DNA of 61,674 bases, the filler included, from Choristocarpus tenellus KU-1152 (lineage: Eukaryota > Protista > Phaeophyceae), in NCBI GenBank assembly GCA_964200185.2. It is 10 parts of 10 records of this genome, joined end to end, with 100 filler letters (N's around TTAATTAATTAA, not from the genome) between each part and the next. Parts side by side here need not be neighbours in the genome. Positions count along the whole stretch, not along the records: positions 24,444 to 27,658 come from CAXNAD020021480.1; positions 27,759 to 31,201 come from CAXNAD020019988.1; positions 31,302 to 35,370 come from CAXNAD020016388.1; positions 35,471 to 39,256 come from CAXNAD020017932.1; 6 more parts are not named here. One strand, given 5' to 3'. Positions within the stretch are counted from its first letter, which is position 1, and every line of letters starts with the position of its first letter. The notes beneath the pieces were generated by a model. It searched no databases. It worked only from the letters and a program-made list of their open reading frames with translations, and had not been told where the DNA came from. Positions 24,444 to 36,132 of this stretch are shown piece by piece. Both the position numbers and the translations under genes were made by a program.

Positions 24444-27337
24444 GGGGTCCCTCGATGTGCGGCGCTGCGAAAGCTACCCCCACGTCTCTTTATTTGCCAC
24501 TGTCCAATTGTGTGTTAATGCATGTACATCACCGACTGTTGTATCTCACCTGTACTACTTCATACTGTTTTGCACGGCCAATTTCGTGGTCCTTCGTAAC
24601 CGTGGATCCCCGTGTTGCGTTGTTGTGCCCAATTAATTATCTGGAAAAATACATTTAACGCTCTGATTCGATGACACGCGCGACAGGTATTCATGCCCAA
24701 AGTGTTCCATCATGCATATGGGCGAGTGTGCCTACGCGGAGATTAGAGACGATGAGAGACACAAGGATCGATTATGTATCAAATGCCCCATGGCACAGGA
24801 GGGCAGTGAAGGGTCTGGATCGGTGGGGAACGAAGCGGCAGGTCGGGGCAGGGGCAAGGGCAAGGGTAAGGCTCTCGCAAGGAGCGCGGGCGGATCACCC
24901 ACGACGCAAAGCCTTTTACGTCTCCCCTCACGCAGCGAAACGGCCGACATGGAGAAGTGCATGTGGGTCTCGGCGTGGTTGCACATTATACAGACACACA
25001 AGTCGTCTCTGCGTGTTTGTTTTCGCGTTGGTTTGCACATAAGTCTTGGCTGCTTTTACATCATGTGGATTGCTCGTCCTTTGTACCTTGGATGTATCGC
25101 TTTTTTGGAGGGTACGGCCTGACATTTTGGAGATGCCGTGGAAGTATTGTCAGGAACTCACTTAATGAAAAGATTGCCTGCACCGTATCTTACTATGCCG
25201 TCCTTCTTGTCATGCTGTCTGTCTACTGTGTCGTGTGTCATGATGTCCAAGCAGGAGTGAGAACACTGCACTACACGACCTTCGCCCTCTCGACCCCATG
25301 GTATCCTTAGACAAACTTGGTGATTTCGCCTTCCGCAACGCGCCAAAGCTCACCATAGTGTCCATTGCCGCCAAGCCAAGACTCCTCATCGACGAAGAGG
25401 CGACCAACACACACCTGCGCGAGATGCTTCAGTGCTTGCGACCTAAGATGCATCCTCAGGGCACCATCGTGCTCATTGTGCCCCACCCGTGGAAGGCGCA
25501 ATTACACCGCCTAGTAGGTGAGTTGCAGAGTTCGCAAGTGCTGGAATACGGGGTATATTACGGGAGACCGATGAGATCTGGGTGGCCGTTATCATTCCGT
25601 GTGCCGTGTCCGATCGAATATTGTGCGACCGCTCAGGAGATGCGGATTAGGTCGTGTGTATTCCTTTTTCACTTTCCCCATGTTGTTTCATGTCCTTCGT
25701 ACCTTCTACTTCCTTTTGTGTTGCTTGCTCTTTCCCTCCGGCAACTACGTACTTCTTTGTTTCATTGTCCGCGAATCACATGCTGGCGTTACTCATCTTC
25801 ACTACATTGTTTTTGCCATATTTACTTCTATTATTACTTAAATTCCTATTGTTTGCAATTTTTGCATTGGTTATTTGCCTTGCGTTCCACACTCATTGTA
25901 CTATTATAATGTTAGTGGTATGAGATTTCATGAATCCCTACGATAACTACTTGTGTGATGTCACTGTCAAGTTTGACGCATGCCAGACCCACGCGCTCGC
26001 TCCCGCATTCTCTTCATTCAGAGGCTTTTACTGCGTCAAAGGTGGGCTTGATGGCGGAGGATCATCCCCTAACCCTAATATACAAGACGAGGAGGGGGGG
26101 GCGCCCTCAATTAGGCACAGATAACCATCTCAGATGTTGCCAGGACATGATTCTTCTCACGCACAACGATGGGACAATGTTCACATGCAATGAGCGAGTC
26201 ACCGTCGACAACATCTTTGGCCACGGGCGTGATGCAGCTCCTCCGGTACTCCAAACCATGTTGGACGTCGAATACGAAGGTGCTGCCTCGGACATCCCCA
26301 TGAAGGCCCTCCACTTCCTCCTTAGCAGGTTCATTAATAACATCACACACATCCTTCTTCACAGAAGCAGCGATTTTTTTTTGTATAGGTGTAGGACATC
26401 GTTAAACAGTAACAGAATGAGCTGGGTGACGGTTCAGGGGCGCCAATCCATCCCACGAGTTTGTTTCCCGAATCGGTACGTTAAGCGTCAAAACGCACCA
26501 AGAGTGTGTTGCCCTGTATCGGAACGTTACTCATATATTGGGACATGATGAATCCGTGCGCAATACAATATACCACGTTAGGGCTAATTTACGAACTGCC
26601 CTCCTATGATAGGTACACGAATGCTGGGGACACCGTCGTCACCTACAGTGCAGAGAGGCACAATGTGGTGGAGGCGGCCCTTGAACGGAGCAGGAGGGTG
26701 GAGGTGTTCGTGTCCAACGTGGCGTCAAAGGATGAGGTGAAAGAGAAGATGGACACGTCCTTCGGCCAAGGATGTGCTGGCTTTTTTTTTCCATTGCTTT
26801 CCAACTTGTTGTCTGTTTTCGTTCCCTATGGATAGGTCTCGGGTGTGCAATTGTACTGGTAATGTTTCCTTGTAGATGTCTACACGTTGCCAACAGAGTG
26901 CACGCAGTTACCCACACCACCGCTGGAAATCGCGAGTCCCCAAGACTTTGACGTGATCGTCGGTACGTCATAATGTCCTCCTTCCCCACACGAACAAAAA
27001 ACAAACGTGCTGCAGTACACCACAACATCTTTAACCAACGCCGGGATAACCCATACATATGTGACAAAACCTTATGGCATGGCTAACCCACTTCACTGCC
27101 ACATTGTTGAGCTATCACATGTACGCACATGATGTTCCAGGTATCCACGTCTCCTGTTCAGGAACGCATGATAGACCCTTCCTGCCTGGCGGAAGTCTTG
27201 GCGCAGACCCTCGTCCCAACAGAGACGCAGCGATGTATTGCTGAGGCCGTCCACCCTCAGGGAAGGCAATGGGACGCGATGAGGCGACCATTTCCGTTGC
27301 GAAGACGGTGGCGACGGACTTTGGCTACCAGATCGAG
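24444..27337 (+). CDS. PHD-like Zn finger + degenerate beta-class DNA amino-methyltransferase (N6_N4_Mtase-like) multi-exon gene or pseudogene; exons <24444-24483, 24687-24865?, 25133?-25184, 25255-25517, 26022-26328, 26613-26773, 26876-26962, 27141-27337?
   Basis: Phase-compatible splicing gives C..YSCPKCSIMHMGEC..LCIKC, then LREMLQCLRPKMHPQGTIVLIV, LTLIYKTRR..CQDMILLTH and DIPMKALHFLLSRYTNAGDTVVTYSAERHNVVEAALERSRRVEVF, i.e. motifs VI-VII-VIII-X-I-II in beta order. Confidence 0.7.
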
Positions 27338-27758
27338 GTGAACGTGGTATAGAATGCGCTAACTTACGTATTTTGTGAAAATCGAACGGCAGAGTTTAGT
27401 TACCAGCACGCAGGAAATACTATTTATTTTTATTCGTTAGTCCTAACCTACCTAATGCGGCACCCAATTACGTCGTGTACAAAAATATGGGCCTTACAGG
27501 TAAGTATTGCATCAGTAGTGTGTTCGACTTTTTGCCACAATAAGGTTGCCGTTTTTGCACCACCTTCTTCGGACGATATTACCTCCAAATCACGAACATT
27601 CATGAATCGCCGTACTCTGCCCCCCTCCCCCAAACACGCCTCGACCCCACCCAAACCCNNNNNNNNNNNNNNNNNNNNNNNNNNNNNNNNNNNNNNNNNN
27701 NNTTAATTAATTAANNNNNNNNNNNNNNNNNNNNNNNNNNNNNNNNNNNNNNNNNNNN

Positions 27759-27987
27759 TGGCTCAAGGTTCGGACCACCTCCAATACTTCAAAGACCTGA
27801 TCCGGACATGTCAGAAGAATATTGGAACTGGTTTGGCTCAAGGTTCGGACCACCTCCAATACTTCAAGGACCTGATCCGGACATGTCAGAAGAATATTGG
27901 AACTGGTTTGGCTCAAGGTTCGGACCACCTCCAATACTTCAAGGACCTGATCCGGACATGTCAGAAGAATATTGGAACTGGTTTGGC
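27759..27987. repeat. 75-bp tandem repeat, 3 near-identical copies, running into the gap
   Basis: Unit starts at 27759, 27834 and 27909; one substitution (aaag/aagg) seen. Confidence 0.97.
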
Positions 27988-28479
27988 CTACAGATTGGGC
28001 CATTCAGATTTTGACTGGCTTGATTAGAAGCCCTATGAAATTGTTCCACTCATCCTCACTCAGAACCAGTCGATCTTCATGTCACACCTAAGGTCAATCT
28101 CTTCTAAATAGGCACATCCCTCTCAGGCATAACCTCCTCATCCCCTATCCCCCTAAGCATTGTCCCCAGCAAAAAAAAAAAAGACTACACCATTCTACAC
28201 AGTCACCAACCAACCCTTGCCTTACCTAGTTCTTGCCACCTACAAATGAAAAGTTGTTGGATGATACAGTACAACATATACCAAAGACAAATCGCCTACA
28301 AAAAAACTTACACCCGAATGCCATCAACAATTTCTTGGAAAAATCATAGAAACAGACAAAAAAAGAGGACCATCTCGATCCAATCGTAGCTGACACTTCC
28401 TCCTGACCTCACCCAGCACATCTGATTAGTCAATGAGGAGAGTTAGCTAACCCTAACCCTAAGTCTACCATTCCCTCAC

Positions 28480-30840
28480 CTCATTTCACACATCTTTGTC
28501 ACCCATTGAGGAGGTTCGAGCCCATTTCCCCAACGTGAACCAGATACTGTGGGCGTAGATTGAATGTTTGCAATACACTCCGCTGTCCTGTCCTCTTCCG
28601 CTGTGCTAAACATATCCATCGGCACGTAGCCTGTTTTTATATCGATCAATGAATCATCCACAATATGCATTCGTACTAAAAAGAAAAACAAATAGTTACC
28701 ATAAAAAGTAACAATCACAAGTCTCAACAACTGCAGCAATATACTCCCATTTACGTAACCAGGCAAAACCAATCAACTCCATATCAAAAAAAAAAAAAAA
28801 ATCACCTCGACCACGACCCACTGTCAAGAAAGAAAATGTCGCCGTAGTCTTAATGAACTGGCTCTATTTACTTACCTGGATACAAGAGCTCAACGCGGTC
28901 TGTGTGTGTTCCCCATCATAATAACAAAGGGATGTCCTAGATGACTTCTAGCGTGCATGTCATGACAAAAAAATAAAAAATAAAAAATAAAAAATAAAAA
29001 CACACACACACACACACACACAATACCTGACATACTAATTGACCCATTACAAACATCATCTCCGTTGGATATGGATACAGACAGTTGGGTAAGGTCAAAA
29101 TGTAGCAATCCAAAAGAAAAGAAAAGAAAAGAAAAGAAAAGAACAGAAAAGAACAGAAAGGAAAAAGAAAAGAACAGAAAAATCTTCTTCTCGATGGCTT
29201 CGTTCATACCTCAAAAATAGTGTTCTCAATCACTACAATTCAATTCAACCACGACCAACTGAAAACCAAATATTAGACGTAGTTTTTTTTCACTTCACAA
29301 CATTTTTCGGGCCAACGAGCGTTGACCTCCCTGCAAGCAGAGATCAGCAATTCATTCATGTGCATCAATGCGTGTTTCAATTCTAATCAAGTATATCGGG
29401 GGGTTTTTCCAGTCACTTTGACAGTCGATTGACGAGACTAGACTACTCAATATTATCACCAATACATCTGAAAAAAAAAAAAGAAAAAGGCCCAATACAT
29501 CTGAACACCAAAGCCCACCCACCTAGCCAGCCATCCACAAAATCTCAACTCAAAATAATCTTCTTGCTGGCTTTTGCAGCGCTACCAACAAATCTTCAAA
29601 GAAAAATTAAAAAAAACTTATTTATAGTACAAAAAAATAGCCTTCCGCAAAAAAAAAAAAACTTCAAATCACTCTTAACCAGATCTTGTTTACAACAAAG
29701 TAAATTCTCAACCAAAACTCGGGTAGCCCTTCCACCCTATATATAACCCTAACCCTAACCCTAACCCCCAACTTCAACTCGAACTACAGTGCAGAAACGA
29801 AGACATGCGCCCACACAATAAATAAATAAAAAACATACAGAATACAACTGTACAATGAGGGTCAATTAAGATATCACCTTGGTTGGCAGGGTGGTAGGGG
29901 TTCATTGTAAGGGGCTCATCGGTCATGACATTTCTCCAGTTAGCTACCCTCTCAAGGATGAGTCGAGTGGCACAGTTCCAGGTACTGATGCCATCACTCC
30001 GCTGATAGTTCACGTCTCTATCCTCAAAAAGTCTATCAATAACCTCAGGAGTGAACTGCACCTGATGGAAGTCAAGAACGTGCCGTGCCTCCAAAATTAT
30101 ATTAAAATCCAGTGAAAGAACACACGGAGGTGCTTTTTTTGTACTAGCCAAAAATGAGGGGTCAGCAAAAACGGGACAAGTTCTTCACTTTTGGATGTTA
30201 AAAAAAAAAAAAAATGTTAAAAAAAAAAAAATAGGGAAAAAAATTAAGGGTACATTTCAATAGTGTACTTCCAGTGGTCCGTTCGCCTCCATCAGGCAGA
30301 GGAGGGGGAGTCAACATAAAGGAGAAAAAAAAAATTACAAAATGAACCTTAACCACACAACGGTGACAACAACAAAAATAACAATATTAATATTGAACGA
30401 ACAAATGTCAACGAAAAATTTTAAAAAAAATCAATCACGTCTGAAAAACAAAAAACAAAAAAAACAATTGCTACTGCCCATTTTCGCAGAGAAAACAAAG
30501 GAAACAAAAACTATTCTTTTCTAAACTATTCTTTTCTAAAAACCGACTCCCTCTAACACCGTCAAAACGTCTCATCTCTACACACTATAACCCTTCCAAG
30601 AGAAATAATGAAAATAATAAATAATAAATAAATAAAAACACGTAGAAAGTTATTTCTATCCCTTACCTCCCAGTACAGGCCAGACTTCCGCAACATATCT
30701 GCCTTGCTCATGAGGTAATGATTTACTCGTATCTCCGATACAGGCGGAGTATCACACGGGCAATCGTCGGTCGTGTGTGGGCTCTTGAGGTGCGTAAAGA
30801 CGCCCATTTTGATTCTGGAAGGTCTCAAGTTGACAACGAT
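28480..30840 (-). CDS. Multi-exon gene, GT92/DUF23-like glycosyltransferase C-terminal part plus extension (exons incl. 30840-30667, ~30087-29878, 28630-28480)
   Basis: IVVNLRPSRIKMGVFTH...EIRVNHYLMSKADMLRKSGLYWE resembles the GT92 K.iv.P..vH / i.HY..S...K..W pattern, followed by DRDVNYQRSDGI. Most splice sites are clean; several small exons are tentative. Confidence 0.5.
29117..29180. repeat. (GAAAA)n microsatellite
   Basis: Direct reading. Confidence 0.9.
29744..29768. repeat. Interstitial (CCCTAA)n telomere-type repeat (shorter ones near 28447 and 55840)
   Basis: Direct reading. Confidence 0.85.
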
Positions 30841-31168
30841 CTGAAAAAAAAAAAAAGAAGAAAAGAAAAGAAAAGCGAGCGTAACCAAAGTTTTTTGTTT
30901 TCCAGACACAACGGGGGCACGGGGATATGCCGTAACATGATGAACAAATATCAATGAAGAAAAATACTACGACAATCCTTCAGAAGAATAAATAATAAAA
31001 ACTCTTCCAAAGCACAATGGCAACAACACAAGCATCACCCCCACCCCCTGAAAATGTTACTGATAATAATTGTAGTAACAACAATAAAAATGGTGAGTGC
31101 ACCGGAAAAAAAAAAAAAAACCAAAAAAAACAAAAAAAAAACAAAAAAAAAAAAAAACCAAAAAAAAA

Positions 31169-31201
<33 letters not shown>

Positions 31202-31942
31202 NNNNNNNNNNNNNNNNNNNNNNNNNNNNNNNNNNNNNNNNNNNNTTAATTAATTAANNNNNNNNNNNNNNNNNNNNNNNNNNNNNNNNNNNNNNNNNNN
31301 NCCCCCAGATACTTTGAGCCTGATACACAAGCTGTTGTGGAACAAGAGATGTCATTTCTTGTCAATCAAGGATTGCACCATAGGCCTGCATGGTACTACT
31401 ATCAAGCAGTAGTGTATCAGGACCAAGTTGGGGAACCACTAAAGCTTCAGCGGACAATGTGGTGTAACCAAGTGTATGCGCGAAACGAACGAATCCACGA
31501 ATATGCAGTGGTGAAGCATTAGGAGTAAATAGATTTATTGCACCAAGTAGAACAGGATGTGTTACAGGCCAATAGCGCGAGCATTTCTTCTTGTGTTCTA
31601 ACAAAGCACTTGTTACACGCGAATAGCGCGAGCATTTCTTCTCATGCTTTAGCAAATACGAACGTTTGTCACAGATGAATAGTATGAGGATTGTTTCTCG
31701 CGTTCTAAGAAGTGCGAACAATATACGATATTAGCAACACATAGGTAGCCTTACAGAATAAATGCTGATTTCATAGAAGATAGAGAGTAAGATTCGGAAT
31801 GCATACGTAACATTACAGAAGAAAAATGTTAAAGTTCCTAAGAAGGTGCAGAATGAAGGTTTATGCTTTGGAGTACGTATAGAGCAGTTGCATAGAAGAC
31901 CAAAGAAATCGGGTGGATGTTGAAAATAATAAGAGGGCTTTT

Positions 31943-32202
31943 GAGCCAAATTATCTTAGAGGGTAGGACCGCGTCCATTTGGTGGCCAAAATCCAATGTT
32001 CCGGTTTGTATGTAATTTTGGCTATTGTGTTTTGTTAGGAAGTGTCAATATCCTTGTTCCAGACACACCTTTTCATAACGTATACATTTTACCTACTCCG
32101 AAATATTTTTGAGTAGGAAAATGACATAAATAAACCTGCAGGAAGTCAAGCCCCAAATGGACAAATAGGGCAAAACTCGTAGCCTCTAAGATACTTTTAC
32201 TC
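31943..32202 (+). mobile_element. MITE family A
   Basis: GAGCCAAATTATCTTAGAGGGTAG...CTCTAAGATACTTTTACTC; homologous to 6593. Confidence 0.9.
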
Positions 32203-35131
32203 GCTACTACAACACACTCGAGTATACCTGGTACATGACAACACAGCCAATGCGATGGGACACGTTCAACCTTGCTGGGTGATGTCGGTACTTACTACTA
32301 CAAGGAGCACCTCTTTGTTTCCCACTCTGTTGGTAGGCGTTTGCTCTGTCTCATCTCTTGTCGTGAAATTAAATATTGAAAATATTCCACCCAGGACAAG
32401 AGAACGCTCACATAACACAACCTCAAGTATGAGCACACGATCATAGAATATCATCTTACCAACAATAGACATTATGGAGGAAATAGTCGCAGGCGTTTGC
32501 TGGACAATGGACTATACAACAACAGAGCAAAGGGGCCCGGTCGTTTGCTAAACAACAGATCAAACAGCATCAAGTATAATCCAAGCCAATGAATGATACG
32601 AAGCAGGTAAGATCAAAGGTATGCTAGACAAAGCACACTTTCAGGCAGTGTTGTCTTTAGACGGTGGACGTTTAAGCTTTCATTTCTTCTATAATTATTT
32701 TTCCTTCTTCCGCCGTTCTTCCTCCTGCCTTTATATTGCTTTCTCTGCTTATACTTCGAAACATGATCTGTGAACACTGATTTGAGAACATGAAACAAAT
32801 CATATTTGTGAGAGAGAGTGTGGAATACTAGTACCTCATCAAGAAAATGACGTTCTCCTTGACAATAAGTGTTACTAGGAGAGGCCAAAATGATTTCATC
32901 TTTCACTGGACAGAGTACATCATAACAGCGCAAATTGTGCGGATCTTTGCCCTGACAACCTCGTTAGGCAATGTCTACTGCTCTATAACGGACACTGAAT
33001 GTATAGCAAATGGAATCGGCTCGTATATGGATGTTTTAGAGCAACTGGCCGCCGAACATTGACTGCCTTGGTAATGGATGTTACAAAGGGGGGAATTGGT
33101 CCTAATGTTGTCCCGGATTTTACAGACATTACGCCAAGCATTCTAGGGTTATGATGACGTTGCGCATTTTTATTCTGTCCTTGGTATGAGTTACACGTAT
33201 ACTCCGTAGTATGTTCATTACTCTCCCCTTCTCTCATCACATTATTTCCTTTCCTTGCTTCCTCCAATTCTCAAGATACATACATGCATACATACGTACG
33301 ATATTACATAATACTTCCACCTATTTACATCCATGCAGTGAGCCATATGACAAGACCTACCAGAGTTTGTATCCATTGTCAGCGCCTGAGAAATACCACT
33401 ATTGTTGATTATTGATCTCCTCAGCTCTGAAGGATAGTACGTGGAAGTAGGTAACAACTACTCCGATTTACTGCAGTAGGGTGAGAGCATATATGTACCA
33501 TCACTATGTATGCAAGGAATGAGGAGTATACCCTATGGAGTGTACGGACACCTACTATCGTATCTGTGATGATTGGCTGAGGCATCAAAACAGAACAATC
33601 ACCATTGTCTCAGGAGAGTGCCATTTGAAGGAGTGCAGATAGGCTATACAAAAAATAGAAACAATTGCTTTCTTGGGTGATGCCATATAGTGCAGATCAA
33701 GGGCAGACAGTCAATAGGGGAAACTACACCATTTCAGCAAGTAAGGAGCTTGGGTGAAAGGAATACATACACAAGTGACAGCATGCACAGATGAGACGTA
33801 CGCAAACTGTCATGCAACATTAATGTTAGCCACACCAATCAGTTACCATGTGTGTATGCGTGCATTAAGCTCGTACAAGAACACGATGATTGATACAAAC
33901 ACCAAATGCTGAACACACAACAACAAGAAAAAAACGAAACAAGTACTGTCTGCAAAATAATATCTTCAAAGTGTTTCGAGCAATGCACCTTTTTGTACAC
34001 AGTAAGTACCAGCACCACCGACGTAGCTGAAAAACATAAAAAAAGACTCCACTACAGAGCACTAGTAACTTTTGGAACAAACATACATGCCAAACAAAAC
34101 AGAAACAGAAGAACCAGCAAGCTGGAGGCTTGCATTTCACCCCATTCTCCTCCCAAAGAGCATGTTTTCATAAGGAGGCTCTTCTAAAGTCAAAACAGAA
34201 CAGTAGTATCCCTTTCTCCTGCCCCGCCCCACTCAAACCCACCCAAGAGAGGTCACACTAAGAGCTACACAAGTTTGCCCAAGCAGTAGTGACAACACCA
34301 ACGCTTCACCATGCAGGAGCGTTTAGAAGGAAAATGGAGTGAGGGGCGGACCCTCAACTTGCTAAGCAAACAAGAAGGCCAATGCCATGCCTCGATTTCC
34401 ACATTTTCTCATCCGTCTCAACAAAAAAAGATAAGTGAAGAAGGGCAGGAGCTCTCACAGTTAGCCTCAAACAACTAAACAACACAACAATAACCCAACA
34501 AAAAACTCAACAATAAATATAAAAACACAAAGATACACACACACACACACACACACACACACCACTGCACCACAATCTTGTAAAATAAAATAGGACCCCA
34601 GCAAAGAAAATATTCATCCCCTCTTGCAGTATGGACTAGCAGAGTGCACCTCTAGATAGTACCATAGACTCCTCCTTTATGCATCGTCCAGCCCACAAAT
34701 CTGGCAGACAGTTCATCTACCCCAGCTTCTACCAGACATCAATGAATACACTACTGTAATACCATGGCAAGGACATCGACAACCACTCTCATGTGTGACT
34801 CCAACCTACACCCTTTCATCTTCCAAAACTAAACCCCTTCTTCACTCCTCCCTACTCTTGATCCTATCTCATATTTCAGTCGACAGCCTGAAAAATACCC
34901 TTCACCAAACCCTCGTATGTGATACCACCAACTACCAATGACCTCAAACTTTGATGTAGCCCATCTTCAGTCAGCAGCCTGAAAAGATCCCTTAGTATTC
35001 TAATGCAAACAGGAGATCAGCATGACCTCTTGTATTCATGCAGAAGGATCACATCCCCTTTCATCTCTCTGCATGCATACCTGTGTCCGGATCAATGTGC
35101 TTGATGATCCAGTCACAGCTTGTACAGGCAC

Positions 35132-35370
35132 CCAAACTTGGCCAGCTACAAAGGTCGGGTGTTTCCTGTTGTGACCGGGGATGAAACAATCTCCAAAACA
35201 GAATCCCTGGACAAATTGGGTATTCCCACCAATGTCTTCGTTGCAGTTAGGCTGGACGGGATGAAGGATGAGGTGGGAATACCCAACTTGTCCAGGGATT
35301 CTGTTTTGGAGATTGTTTCATCCCCGGTCACAACAGGAAACACCCGACCTTTGTAGCTGGCCAAGTTTGG
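35132..35370. repeat. ~98-bp inverted repeat with ~42-bp spacer at contig end
   Basis: 35132-35229 vs 35272-35370, one mismatch seen. Confidence 0.95.
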
Positions 35371-36132
35371 NNNNNNNNNNNNNNNNNNNNNNNNNNNNNN
35401 NNNNNNNNNNNNNNTTAATTAATTAANNNNNNNNNNNNNNNNNNNNNNNNNNNNNNNNNNNNNNNNNNNNGGGGGGGGTGTGGGGGGGGTGGGGGGGGGG
35501 GGTGGGGGTGGGTGGGGGGGGCGGCAGGGTGGCGGGAGGGTGCTTTAAAGTGACGTATGTGCCTAACAAAGACTACCAGCGTAGGTATCCTGCCATTTTA
35601 ACATCACAAGACGCACCTTGAGGGCACACACCACAAAAAAAAGAAAATTCTGGAAACATGTAAAAAAGTCGGGGGAGGAGGGGAGGGGAGGGGAGGGGAA
35701 AACACATGCAAAGGTGAAACCAACGCCAATTGATAAACTCCCAAAAAGTGACCCTTAAAGAATATTAAAGAACAGATCAGACACAGATTCCGAAAACAAC
35801 AACCTCAGGCCAGGTTACCAATCACAACACTGTCGGAGTTGGCGGAACGGCATGACTAACTAACTGCAAAACAAAACCTAGGACTATACAAAGCAACGAA
35901 AAATATACCGTCAATGGTATAATGTATATTGGAGGTATACCTTCTAATGTCATACCATTCCATCAATCCTCCACCATTCTGGTCGACGCCAATCTCCAAT
36001 ACGGTTTCAAAATGCTTCGAAAAAATAATAACAATTTTTGGGGGTATAACTTGGTACCATGCCTGAGATGCCAAAAGATAAGAGGGTGGTTCACTGCGTT
36101 GCTATGGGATGGGAGGCGGGCGTTGCGCTGAC

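Noticed and set aside
25120-27244. Selenocysteine or UGA recoding in the MTase-like gene
   Set aside because: The TGAs are not at redox-type positions, no SECIS is identifiable, and TGA is a normal stop in the LRR gene.
27759-27987. CRISPR array
   Set aside because: Head-to-tail units without unique spacers, no cas genes, eukaryotic context.
29744-29768. True telomere
   Set aside because: Only about 4 units, internal to a putative intron.
32230-33745. Exon-like fragments (DTECIANGIGSY, GGIGPNVVPDFTD)
   Set aside because: Stops in every reconstruction and no family recognised.
34873-34993. Duplicated TTTTCAG|GCTG..GACTGAA acceptor-like motif about 91 bp apart (minus strand)
   Set aside because: Phases compatible with the upstream donor hit stops immediately; no coherent exon duplication.
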